Origin: Camelus ferus
Taxonomy: Eukaryota
NCBI RefSeq assembly: GCF_009834535.1
Contig: NC_045696.1
Span: 46,378,001 to 46,442,000, forward strand
DNA length: 64,000 nt
Direction: 5' to 3'
The position numbers and the translations under genes are program-made. Every line of letters starts with the position of its first letter. The stretch's first letter is position 1. Positions 24,401 through 36,920 of the stretch are shown here, one piece after another. The notes under the pieces were generated by a model, which saw only the letters and a list, made by a program, of their open reading frames with translations, was not told the origin of the DNA and did no database searches.

Positions 24401-25419
24401 GATCATTAAAAATCATTATTTCTGTTAGTATTAATAGAATGATGTAGGTATGAGCTATGGAAGTTTATTGTGCTCTTTGCTTTACTAAAAAATTCTATGT
24501 TGCTGTTCTTTAGAGAATGATCTGTGCTTTAATATTTTTCCTGTTCCATTTTTCTTATCCCATTCCCTTTTTTGACTCTTCTCAAGGCTGTTAGTAGCCT
24601 AGTTATGATTTGCTGCTGGATAATGAAACATATTGCAACAATGATCAAAATAAAAATCAAGGTGTTGTGAAAAGTTTAAAGGCCTGCCTTAAATATATGC
24701 AATTTGTCGGGTATTAAGAAAAACAAATCTTGGCTATTCGGAGGGCTTTTAATGTTTTTTCTAGGCTTATAATCTTTTGTATTTTGAAAAGTTAAAAGAG
24801 ACTCAGAAGCAGACTTTCAGATTAACTAGGATGTTGCTGTGTTAGGTTTCTTGCTGTAATTCTTAAACTTTCAAAAGGGTTGGAAAAGAACTCACAGATC
24901 AGCTACTCAACTGCTTATTTTATGAATGAAGAAATGGAGCATGAATGATTTACACCTTATTACCAACAGCACAGGATACTAGATTTTTGGAGTAATTAAT
25001 GCTTCCTTTATCATTTTAAGAACAAATTGAATCATCGAGAGTAGTTTTAAAATGTTAATTCAGGTTTAAGAAATATTTATTCCAGTATGTTTATGATTTT
25101 CTTCATTAGAGCCAGATTTCTGCTGAGCCTGAGAGGGTTAATTATTCTGCAGAACAATCTTCAGTTTTGATTTTGGAACTATTTTTTTAAAAATAGAGTT
25201 GTAGTTGTTTTAAGTGCCAGTCATTTCAATCTTCAGGATAAATTGTACTTTAAATAATATATAGTATCTCTTAATATTATTTGTTGGAACCTCAACTAAT
25301 TTTGCAGTTGGTTTATTTTTAACACCTGAATCAAATTATTGAAACAATGCCATGTTTTTCTTTAGTTTACGTACGATTTAGATTCAGAGTTAATAGTTAG
25401 CAGTTTAGCTTGTGAAACT

Positions 25420-26130
25420 CATTCCTCCATCCATCCCTTTCTCCCTTCATTCCTTCAAATGTTCATGTATAGAAGGCTGTGTACAGGGCACCATGGTTCA
25501 CAGCCGCTAACCTTACATTCCAGTGAGGACAACTGACATCACATAATTACTTATACAGTTCTTTTAACTCAAATAGTAATAAATGCTTAAAAACAAATGA
25601 ATGGGGTAGTAAGAGAATTATAATTGAGTAGCTGACCAAAGCTGTGGAAACAGGCCTGGCTGCTATGAGGAAGTGATGGTTCAGTTGAAATATTAAGAAT
25701 TGTTAGGCCTTTGGGAGATGGACATGCAGGGGAGTATAGAAATAAGGCCCAGAAGAGGGCAGATGGCATGAACCAGTATAGGGGCTGAGGACTGGTCAGG
25801 GATGTAGGAAAGAAACCGGGGGAATGGCAGATCAGTAACTCAAGCAGAGGAAACAGGTGAGGATGTAGATCCACCAGTGCATTTAGCAGTGTTCAGGCTG
25901 TTGATGATCTTGAGGAGAGCTGTTTTTGAGAATTGGAAGGGGTGAGACCTGTATAGCAGTGGGTTGAGGAGCAAGTAGGAAGAGAGAAAAAGGTGATAGT
26001 TGCTGCTGACAAACGTTTTGATAAGTGTTATTTGGAAAGCAGGTGAGGGGATAGGATAGTACCTGGAGATAGAATTGGGAGATGGTTGGTTATTAATGCT
26101 AAGATAAGAAGGAAATATGTTTATTTCCAA
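25420..26130 (-). mobile_element. L2 LINE fragment
   Basis: Starts with a (cattc)-like tail; purine-rich body with tgcatttagcagtgttcaggctgttgatgatcttgaggagagctgttttt. Confidence 0.75.
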
Positions 26131-26712
26131 GTAGGAAAAAATAGCTTCTTGAAAGGCCCCTACTGTATATATGAAAGCAAGTACAATTAAAAAGTCTTTA
26201 ACTTATTTAGTTTTTTTGTATTTATGGTGTTTATGAGAAGCCTTTCTTTTCAATTATATGGCTTTTAGCTAACTCAATACCATAAAAATACAATCCTATT
26301 TATTTTTCTATGGTTCTTTGTTTTCTTTGGAAAATATTGTATCAAAACGTATAATTTTTAGTGATGCTAAATTGGCATGAGACAACTGAAATAATAAAAA
26401 TATTTCCTGAATAGGAAACTTGTGCTTTATGTATTTAAGACTCTCCGGATAACTAAAAAGTAAACTTATTTTGTTGTTATTAAAACGCATTAGAGAGATC
26501 CAAGAAAACAAGATAATTGGTTGTATTATTTATTTCACAGAGGAGGTCAGTAACCCCTAAACTAAAGGGTTCCAGAATTTTCAGATTTCAGTCCACAGTA
26601 ACTCTTGTTGGTTAGGGTTACACTCTATCTATAATTTTTGTACATTTGTTTTTAGTGAACAATAAAAGATCAACTTTCAGATCTGTTTGTTGATGCTCTT
26701 TCATATAACTTT

Positions 26713-26855
26713 TTTTTTTTTTTTTTTTTTTTTTGTGGAGGGGAGGGAATTAGGCTTACTTACTTATTTATTTTTAGAGGATGTACTGGGAATTGAACCC
26801 AGGAACTTGTGTATGCTAAGCATGTGCTCTATCACTTGAGGTATACCCTCCCCCC
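26713..26855 (-). mobile_element. Camelid tRNA-derived SINE (vic-1 type)
   Basis: Same head as the copy at 21.3 kb; pure poly(A) tail; perfect TSD catataacttt at 26702-26712 and 26856-26866. Confidence 0.92.
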
Positions 26856-28147
26856 CATATAACTTTAACGTTAAACAAACGTTCTCATTTTAAGAAAATC
26901 CAATGCAAAATCAGAAGTTAATATCAAATAAACAGAGGATAATTGTTTGGCCAAGGTAATTCATTCACATGGTTCTCTTAAATAGCACTAAGCTGCTGTT
27001 TTATAGAGTTTATTTATGTATGTTAACATATTTGTTCATCAGAACTGTGGCTGATGGGCAGAGAAATTTAAAATATTAATGTTTTAAGAATCACTAGCAT
27101 TTGAGTAGTAATTAGGAATGAACTTTGATTAAAGTACTGGGTGTGTTGTACACATATATACCGCAAATATACATCAATTCATTTCCTGAGAGATACCTTT
27201 CATTGTATTCTTTTAGATCTGAGTTTCTTCAACTTAAGTCAAGTAATAGACATATCCTCAGGGGTTAGCTAGTTCTTAATGAGAAAAAAATTTTTTTATG
27301 TTTCATTTAAATGATAAATACAAAAGAAAGAATGTATTTCTGGGTGCCCTGGTTAGTTAACTTATTTATAACTAAGCATTATCACTGGATTTTTGTCACA
27401 AAGTTTGAATTTGTGTTTATGATACTGTTAATTAAACATGCACCTAAAGTGAGTATTGAACTATTAAGACCATGATCCTTAGATGGGGGTCCACAGAGTT
27501 GTCTGTGTAATTATTTTTGTTGTCAAGGCTAAATAAATAAGTTTGAGAAGCAGAGTCCTTGATTATGGTCTGTGATTATTCTCTCCAGTGATGTAAGCAA
27601 GTGACTCCACACTATTGGGCTTTGCCATTTTATCTTGCTTTAATTTAAAAATGTATTCCACCTCTTCTGAATGTTTTGAAAACTTAAATTAGCATTTTTA
27701 AAAATAAATGAAATTAATTTTGATAAGCTTTTGAGAATTTAGTCACATATTAGAATGATTCAGAACCTCTTATAATTTTAGATAATCTGAGCTAGAAATT
27801 GTTGTTCTCACAACCTCTAAAGACTTAGTTAAAATTATGTTATGGAGTTTCTCAATTTTCTATCTACTGTTATTAAATTTTGGCATCTTATCCTAAAGGA
27901 AAGTCTGCACAGGGACAGATACTTGCAGGAGCCAGGCAGGGAGCTTGACTATGGGAAATGGGCATTGGGTAAGATAGGAAATAGTGAGGATCATGCTTAA
28001 GTAAAGGTGCCGCCCTGCATAAAATCCCTCAGATTCATCGTCACCTTCACTGGGCAAGCCAGACCAAAACAAGTTTGCAGGCTCTAGACTCTCCACCCTC
28101 AACCTAGTTGGGAGAAGCAAAACTTAGAGATGGAGTGGTTTAGTCAC

Positions 28148-28800
28148 AGTTTGAGGCGGTTGCTTTTTCATTCATTCTTCCATTCATCCTTCCTTCAGTC
28201 CACCCATCTATCATTCTATCCAGTCATCCATTCTTTTCATTTATACATTCATTAATTCACTGATTAATGGACTAACTAGTACATGCCAAGTTTTAGACAA
28301 AAGATGGACTTCTTGTCTTCAGTAATTCACAGTTTTAAAGCAAGTTGCCAGAAAATTAGGCAGAAATAGTACAGAAATCATCTTGTTTTCATAATATGTA
28401 TCACTGGCATTATTTTTGCATTTTTGAACTTGTGTATCTTCTGTTCTTCTGTGAGAGTAGAAGCCTTGTGTGTTTTGTTCCCCTTTCTACCCAGTGCTCA
28501 GAGCAATATCTGATACACAGTAGGTGTTAACATAAGGAATTATTGAATGATTTGAATGAATCATTGAATCATTGAATGAGTGAAGGTTCTGATGGTCCTG
28601 TAAGATCTTATGGAGGGAAGGGGACATGAGTCAGATATTAAAAGGGGGTCAGGCTTTGAGGAGGTGGAAAAGGAGGAAGTGACTGACAGTTTGTCTGAAC
28701 AAAATGGTCACAAAGTACAGAAAGGAGCCTGGTTCATGGGGATATGGGATGATATGGTGGAGAGTAGGTGGATCAGTAAAGAAGCCAGCCTAGATTGACT
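28148..28800. mobile_element. Cluster of L2 fragments in both orientations
   Basis: (cattc)n tail at 28150-28260; sense 3' end with acacagtaggtg...tgaatga at 28440-28585; purine-rich L2 body at 28590-28800. Confidence 0.65.
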
Positions 28801-28914
28801 AGCCCTTTCATGTTGGAGAGAAGCCAGGAGCTAACAGGGTTGAATAGGCATAGGTGGGAAAAAGGGGGGTGGGGCGTGTGGCATACGTCACACAAAATGA
28901 AGAGGCATTTTGTT

Positions 28915-29050
28915 TACTAGCATGGGCTCTGGAATCACACACTGTGGGTTCAAATCCCAGTTTGCTACCTACAAGCTGGGTAGCTTTGTTCAAGATGCTT
29001 AACTTCTCCGTTCCTGAGTTTCCCCATTTCCTTTTTAAAAAATTCAGCCA
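28915..29050 (+). mobile_element. MIR SINE
   Basis: agcatgggctctggaatcacacactgtgggttcaaatcccag...cttaacttctccgttcctgagtttcccc. Confidence 0.8.
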
Positions 29051-29189
29051 TTAAGATTATATTCACTTTATATTTTTGATAAGAGGAGGAAATCCTTATG
29101 TTATTTTTCCTAAAGCTAACATAAGTGAGTAACAAAGAATGGGGTACAAAATTTTTTTTGAATATCATTCATTCAATAGATCAATTAAT

Positions 29190-29420
29190 TTTGCTATACT
29201 CATTCAACACACCATACAGCCATATAATTGAAAGAGCTAAACACAGGTACTGAGTTGAATATCAAATATATAATCCTAAGAGAAGGGAGCAAGTCACAAA
29301 AGAATATTTCACATATATAAAGTTTAGAAGCTGGCAAATTTAAACAGTGTATTGTTTAGAAATACTCATGCGTAGAGGCAACTACTATAAAGAGAAGCAA
29401 GTTTATGATAATTGCAGCTC
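29190..29420 (+). mobile_element. L1ME 3'UTR fragment
   Basis: agcaagtcacaaaagaata...tataaagttt...ctggcaaa...tattgtttag...aactactataaagagaagcaag. Confidence 0.6.
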
Positions 29421-29469
29421 ATCATCTTTAAAAATACTCCCCAGGAAGGATTTATGGTAAAACCTCCCT

Positions 29470-29875
29470 TTCTCTCCCTGTCTTTCCATCTGCTACCCTG
29501 GTACGTGGAATCATCAAGTCTAGTTGATTCCACTTCCTGTGCATCTCTGGAGTTGATTCGTAGCTCCTCTTTCCTGGTCACATCCTAACAGATCACCACA
29601 TTACTTGCTTGTGTTACGTAAGCAAGTTCTTAACATGTGTCCCTGCCTCTAGTTTTGCCCTTTTTTTGTCCATACCCTCATTCCTGCCAGAAAAGTCCTT
29701 CCAAAATACAGATCTGATCTTATTACTCCTATACTGAATTCTCATCATTCTTAGGATAAGTACATACTCCTTACCGTGGCTAAGAAATTCCTGGATGATT
29801 TGGCTGTTTATCTTTTTGTTCTTATTTCTCAATGCCCACTTATCTTTTCCTTTTATCTCTTGCCCTTCTCATGTC
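29470..29875 (+). mobile_element. L2 fragment
   Basis: atcatcaagtctagttgattccacttcct...ctgccagaaaagtccttccaaaatacagatctgatc. Confidence 0.7.
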
Positions 29876-31785
29876 CTATTCTCTATGATTGTAATGTTCA
29901 AGAATGGGGTAAAAATTGAACATAGATAGCATGATCTAATGGTAGAATACTTATTTATGTGGCAGGCTTTGAGGTTACAAAGAAAAAAAGACTGGCAGTC
30001 AAAAATCACTATTGAGTGATGTGATGGTAGATATTTATTTCAATTTAAAATCATATATGTAGTCTATTTGTGAACATTCATGAATGTGAGAAATTAAGTC
30101 TCCTAAATTAGGTAAAAAAAAATAACGTAAATGATGTTTACAAAGAAAAAAACTGATGTCAGAGTCAGGGATGATATGTTACACACACTTATTTCCATTT
30201 CTGCCATTTACTCTGCCCCATAAAACTTCCCTTTAGCCTTGTTGACACATCACATTGGAACCTTTAGAAATCATTTTATGCTATTTCTCCTATTTTTAAT
30301 GCAAACTTTAGTGGGGAAAAAAATAAGGAAGCATTTTATTATTTGAGCTTATTAATTATACTCAATGAGTAAGTATCTTTTGAACATCTGATATTTGACC
30401 ATTTTCTTGTTGTGTTCTTAGGAAGATAGATAAAGAAATATACTTGGTTCCTTACTCTCTAAAATCTTAACAATGAAGACTGAGAAAACAAAGCTATTAG
30501 GTGAAAATAGAGAACTGTTGAAGTCAAAGCACTTTAATCCTAATTCAGAACCGTTCTGCCTCCTAATCTTTGTTTCCAGAGCGCCTTTTTGATCAAATTA
30601 CTTGGTCCTTCAGATAATTATTTGAAAACAAAAATGTAACAGAGAAATGACCACTGAATCATATACTCCAGCTGCTTCTAACTCATCAGCACTGGTTTAA
30701 GTGATCAAATGATTCTTGGCACTGTTTCAAGAAGTTCCACCAGAGGAAGCACGAAAGCCTAAGTGCTGGCTTGGTTTTGAGCAGTGCCACAGAGCAGTGC
30801 TTTTTCAAAGTTTCGAAAGTGGAATTGTGCGCTTCATTTTCTCTGGGAAGATAGCAAAGAGGGCAGTTAACCTGACTGTTGTTCAAGTACAGAAATATCT
30901 CAATGTTTCTATGCCTGTTTTGAGAATTTTGGCCTTCTTAATCATAAAAAAGGTACATAAATGTATTTAGAGAAAGGGCAAGATTTAGCAAAACAAAATT
31001 TGTTTTAAAAGTGTGATTTTTATAGTTGGCTAGAAATTTTGCAGCATGCTCCATGGATTTTGATTAGTCCTTTATGCCTTGGTCTTATTGCTTTCTGACA
31101 TTTGGGGATGTAATTTGGTCCCTTCATCCTTTTTATAGACATTAATTCTTTCATTTTTCCCCCCAGGAATATATGACTTCTCATATACAACATTAAAGAG
31201 TTTCACAGTTTCAAATAGGAAGTATTTTGTTAAAGTAAACCTTTGTAAACACTTCTGAAAATGTTTTCATAAATAACCATTCTGTGGGACCAGAAGGGTT
31301 GTATCAACCTTAAGTGTGATGATTTAATAAATCAAATAATTAGTTATATGATTTGTATTATGAATAAACAGGAAATTATTTATGTATGTTTATATACATG
31401 CATCAATTTTATTTCATTTTTCTAAATCGTCATCTCTCTTATTTTAACAGTCCTTCTCTTATTTCTTTAAATCATTTTAGAGTTTAACTTTCATCCAGAG
31501 CACTTCCTACCTGCATAGATGAATCCCTGTTTCAGTGACCATGTTGGGCTGCTTGCTTCTCTGTTTCACATCTGAGAGCTTATTTACTAATTACTTACTC
31601 TATCATCAAAAGCCACATCAGGTGGGCCTACGAACAGCACTTGGGGTTTGGGACAGATAGTAGGAATTAAGCTGTTTGGGAGTGTGAGGTCAGGGGTCCC
31701 ACTCATCAATAACAGCACAGATTGTGTGTGGTCCCAGCAGAAGTCACAGCTTTGCCTGCCCCAGTATTGCCGGAAACTTAGTTAC

Positions 31786-31801
31786 TGACCTTTCGTGACC
31801 T
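31786..31801 (-). promoter_or_regulatory. Perfect DR4 nuclear-receptor element (TR/LXR-RXR type)
   Basis: TGACCT-ttcg-TGACCT, i.e. AGGTCA-cgaa-AGGTCA on the minus strand, in unique sequence. Confidence 0.55.
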
Positions 31802-34369
31802 TGCCTCCTTAACACAACCCATAATACCTCCAGCTTCCAGGCATTATCCACTCTTGGGAATCGGCCAATTTCCTAAAGGTTAATGCCATTCCGGATAGAT
31901 TTTTTCCCATAGTCTTAAGGACAGAATCATAGATTAAGTATAGAATCACATCATTAGTTTTCAAGGTATATATCCCTTCTCCTTGGTTCTTGTAAGTTCT
32001 AAAAGAAGCCTTTTTAAAAAAACTATAACTCCTATGTTTTTTAAAAGCTAACTTAGATAACATTCTTCACTTTTCATAAGATAGTGAAGAAAGTTATAAA
32101 AATAATGAAAGAGATAATGGAAGAGATCGAAACCATAGTTAGAGAATTCAGGGGAGCAGTGCAAGTCTAATGAAAGAGGCTTAGAAAGACTTGGTTTATG
32201 ATACAGAAACAGCTGCTTACATGGAGGGTAGATGGAAAAGCATGAGGCATTTGAGAAACATGTGAAATTCCCTGCTCCCCCCAATTTTATTCTGCACTGA
32301 TGAACAAATGTATTTTTAAACTTTCCAATATATGCTAAAAGCACCTGATTTCATTGAAGAAAACTTAGTTCAAATCTTTACTTTTTAAGGTTATTTAATA
32401 GGTGAAGTGCTTGGCCTTTGTGGAGCTTCATGTGTTTCCTCTGTAAAATGAAAATAATATTTACTTTAGTGGTTTTCATCTAAGTGAAAACATACTGTAA
32501 AATATGCTTGCTAAATTTCTATCAGTAAAAATTTGTGTATTGTAGACCCATCTTAGATATCTGTAACTAGAAGGGGCTTGCCAAGACATTGACAAATTAT
32601 GATTTTCAATTCTGAAACCTCTTAGACCTAGAAAGATGTTAGAGGATAATAGAAATAAACCTTTTCTCTGGGAAAGTTATCATATTAAAAAGAACATGCA
32701 GATAAATGATATGTAATCTAATTTGAGAGAATATATTTCTACCAAATACGATTTATTTATTTTCTAAGGAACTATAAAAATCAATGAATGTTATATCTGT
32801 TAGTAATGGTACAGTTTAAAGGAGGATACAAATCGCATACCTAATAACGTTTTATTTATTTTAGAGGGTCTCAATACTAATAGAAATGTTTCCTTGAGGC
32901 AGAGTATTTTACTATAGGTAATTGAAATATTCTTACTAAAATTTCAAGAAAGTGAAAGGAAAATATTTGAATGTATGTGGTGAGGAGAATCTGTAACTTG
33001 CCAGTAAATGTATGCTGTTCAACCTTTATAATCATTATGGTACCAAAGAAGTGTTATTCTGAGTATTTTTTGGCATTGTATATATAACTTTGATTATATG
33101 GTAGCTGTGACTGTGGCTTTGTGTTTAAGAGATTTACTCCATCAGGAAGTTAATAATCTCCCAGTTTAGTGTGACTTTGATATTTGGGAAAATTTGTAAG
33201 CTTAGGAGGATGCAAAATGTAATCTACTTACTGTACTTTTTTTTTTTTTCTTAATGTTTTTGGTTAAAAAATGGATGTTAAGATCACCAGATGTTCTTTG
33301 AGAGACTGCTGATTTTTAAAAATACCTTAAAATGATTTTTAGTATAATAGCAGCCTTAGCATTGAACAGAATCTCAATCTTAGTTTCTCTTGGAGTCCAA
33401 TAATGCAAGGAAATCTTAGGGGAATTTGAAAATTTAAAGATAGATTTTCATATACAACCTAAATTTTTAGTTTAAGTTTTTTTGTTGTTTTAAAATTTGT
33501 TTATTTTGCTCTGTTTTACCAGTACACACAAATTTAGGTTTTATTAACAAAAAGGATCATGCAATTTTCATTAGTCCCCCAAGTAACTTCTTCGAACAGG
33601 TATGTTTAGTTTTAACAGGATAATAGTCAGATTTGGGAAATTTCAGTATTGTCTGATCATTGATCCTGAGTCCCCTCTTCATACACATACCTTAAGGACC
33701 AACAATTTCTGTTAGGTTGTGCCATATAGTTTATGGGAGAGTGGGTTTTTTTTCAGATTAAGCTTAAAACTTTTTTTAGCACTATGCCTTTCAAAGACTT
33801 CCATGTGGAAAAAAAAATAGAAGTATGATATTTTGGGGGAATTTTTATTGTCTCTGACTCTATTTAATCATAATTTTCCATTTCTAAGAAGTTAATGATT
33901 TATAATTAGAAACTAACTGGTGTTTTGCTGAATCTTTACACACCCTTGTTCAAGGATCTTCTGCATTTGGCCTGTAGCAGTTCTAATAGCAGTAGTCAAT
34001 TAATCAACCATATAAAAGTCTTTACCTGACACTGACCTTGTGCCAGGCACTTTGCTGGTTATTATGGGATAAACAAAGCCTCTTGAGCTAGTCAATAAAT
34101 TTTAAGTGATCATGACCCTAAGGCATATCCTTTTTCTGAAAACTGAGTGCTAGCCCTGTTCAGCAGCGTGGATACTGAAACATCAACCCAGGGGTGTTTC
34201 CTTTTTATTTCCCCAACCAATTACCAGAGAAGTAATCACTAATCTACTAAATCCTAATCACTTTTGGTGATCCAAGATTATTACTATCTAAAGAGAGAGG
34301 TTTTTAGAGTAAGCTCAGTGGCAAGGGAAACCTTGAAGGAGTAAGAAAACAGGCTCAAAGACTTTCAGC

Positions 34370-34590
34370 TAATCTTTTAACATTTATTGAGTTCAGCACA
34401 GTGTACTAGATGCTGGGGTTGTAACAATGAGCAAAACATGGATTCTCTTCTGTGGGATTTTACAGGGTAGTGGCGAGACCAGATCTGTAGTCACAAACGA
34501 GGGTCATCAGTGCTCTAATGGTGGCATATGCAGGGCTTTTGGGAACACATGGGATGCAGCCTAACTCAGCCTGAGGGAGTTAGGGAAACT
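34370..34590 (-). mobile_element. L2 3' fragment
   Basis: aacatttattgagt...tgtactagatgctgggg...aacaatgagcaaaac...gcctaactcagcctgagggagttagggaa. Confidence 0.7.
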
Positions 34591-34791
34591 GATTTCCAGC
34601 AATCCCTTTAAGTGAAATAAAACAGGTTTTAGATTTAGACAAAAGCCATAGAGGAAAATAATGTAGATTGAAAGCCCAAAACACCATTACCCAAAGGAAC
34701 TCAGAAATAACATTGCATGAGCATGAAATTTAAGATTTGCCAAAGGAGTAGAAGGGACATTCAGTAGTTAGAGGGACATTTTGCTGGGCCC

Positions 34792-34839
34792 TGATACTTT
34801 CAGAGGTAAATACCTGTGATAACTTTCAGAGGTAAATAC
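34792..34839. repeat. Short tandem duplication (26-bp period)
   Basis: actttcagaggtaaatac at 34796-34813 and 34822-34839. Confidence 0.9.
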
Positions 34840-35321
34840 ATTGTGCCTACTTGAGTGTCATCAATGAGAGATGATTTAAATGATCACATTTCCCCCCAGA
34901 GTTGATAACAATTATTAAATAGATAGAGTAGATCCCAAATTATATCACAGACCAGGTTTTTAAAAGTTTTCTTTTTGGTATTCCTTTAGGCACCTGAGAA
35001 AATTTTATAAATAGAGGTTTGTTTTTCTTAGACTAAATCTCACCCTTAATCTGTAGCTGATATTTTTTCCTGTTTCCACTTTCAGGCCTCCATTTAGTTT
35101 CTTCATTCTGTTGCACCTTATTCTCTTCCAGGGACCAGCTTCCTTCTTGACTTCTTCCCTGAAGCCCTAACTCCTGTCAGTCTCACTTAGTCAGAGTCCT
35201 AGGTCTTTATGTCTCATCCCCGGGGTGCTTCATAGACCTGAGTCCCTTCAGGCTAACTGTGGAGAAGGTGGGTGATGATGATGGTGAGAATGAAGGTAGT
35301 GCTCTCATTAAACTCACGTGT

Positions 35322-35530
35322 AGAGAGGCAGTGTACAGCAGTTGAGAGCATGAGCCCTGGAGTCAGGCTGCTGAGCCTCAGGGCCAGCTCTTGCACTTCT
35401 TAGCTCTGTTCCCCTAGGCAGATTGCCTTTCCTCTCTTGGACAGTCTTCCCTCCTCTGTAAAACAGGATGATAATAATAGTATCTACTATACCATAGGAT
35501 TATTGGGAAAATTAGGTGAATTAAGGCACA
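35322..35530 (+). mobile_element. MIR SINE
   Basis: agaggcagtgtacagcagttgagagcatgagccctggagtcag...ctgtaaaacaggatgataataatagtatctac. Confidence 0.85.
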
Positions 35531-35589
35531 ACACCTAATGGAGCTCAAACATATTATTGTTATTTAGTAAACTTAAGTTTGTGACTACT

Positions 35590-35765
35590 GTGACACTATC
35601 TCTTTTAATCCCCACAACCACCTTATAGATGCTGTTACTACCTTTTACAGATGAGGAAATTGAGCTTAGAAAAGCTAACTAACTTGCCTAAGGTCACATA
35701 GTCTGGATTCAAACTCTGATCTGTGCAATTCCAGAATGCCTGTTCTTTGAACTAAAACCATGGTG
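35590..35765 (-). mobile_element. MIR SINE
   Basis: ttttacagatgaggaaattgagcttaga...aacttgcctaaggtcacatag...ggattcaaact. Confidence 0.85.
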
Positions 35766-35889
35766 CCCCGTGGGAAACACAGAACAGAGCGGGAATGCTG
35801 CCACAGCTGCACACTGCAGTTTTTGTTGATTGTACCAGCAGTTTCAGTGGGGCAAGTACGTGTACTAGGGAACTTTGCTGGACCATCTG

Positions 35890-36010
35890 TCTGCAGGATT
35901 GAGTTCTAGTTCTGTCTTTCATTGCCTACCTTTGTGATCTTGAGCAAATCACTTAAAATACTGTTGAGGCTAAGATTCATAATCAGTAGCCTGGAAATAA
36001 TAGTAGAATT
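35890..36010 (+). mobile_element. MIR fragment
   Basis: tgagttctagttctg...tgtgatcttgagcaaatcacttaa. Confidence 0.6.
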
Positions 36011-36769
36011 GTTTAAAGGGTCAAGGGAGACTATAATGATAGTAACTACATAATAATTCATGGAAGAGAATAAGGTACCTGGCTTACCATATGGACATTT
36101 TAAATAGAACAGGTAATATCAGTTAACTGTTTAAAAACCTTATCTCCTCTTTGATGTTACTTTAATTTTATTTGCTACTTTTGAAAGTGAAAGGCTTATT
36201 TTGTGCTTCTGGGAATGAATCTAAGGTTCTATGGCCCTAGATGGACCAGCAACTTGGGAATTGAAGTTTTGGACTACCAAACACCATAATAAAAAACATT
36301 TAGTGAGCAGATAATTAATAAAAGCAAGATGTATCTGTGTATTGGTGGTTGAGGGGGTGATGGGTTTGATCCTAAAGTGAATGAAGATCACATCTTAAAA
36401 ATATGTTAGGCTTTGCCTGTTTGTGAATCCTTTGTTGTATCAGAGCAGGTTGAAGCTTTGGGTGGAACGTTGTATAGAGTTGTATCTTTCTGCATATTAC
36501 TCAGCTGTCCAGCAGTATCAGTGATCCAGAACTCATATGACCTCTGGAAATAAATGTCACAAACTTGATGTTATTTTATAGAAGACCCCCATCCCTTACT
36601 TAAACCATTTTTATCAGAATTAAACAAACAGATCTAGCCAGCTTTTTGGCTGATTTCCACACCGACAGCACTTAGAAAGGAAACGGGAGCTTCATGCAGG
36701 TGCTCAGTGATGAGACCATGTGTTCTTGATATGGAATTTTTAAGTAAAGCATGCTCACATCTGTGAACT

Positions 36770-36920
36770 CATCTCAATTTTGTGAGATAGTTTAAGGAAG
36801 TAAGATTAACTTAGTTTTATAGGGAAGAAAGTTGAAGCTCAGTACTGTTTCAGTACTTCGGCCTAGGGGCTGATAGCTTGTTGTTGGCAGGCTAGGAATT
36901 GAACCCGCATCCCTGACTTG
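36770..36920 (-). mobile_element. MIR fragment
   Basis: ttttatagggaagaaagttgaagctcag...gctaggaattgaacccgcatccctgact. Confidence 0.6.

Noticed and set aside
30563..30960. Branch-point/pyrimidine/CAG acceptor at 30579 in unique sequence
   Set aside because: No convincing donor at exon distance and stops follow soon after; may be regulatory but cannot be supported from sequence alone
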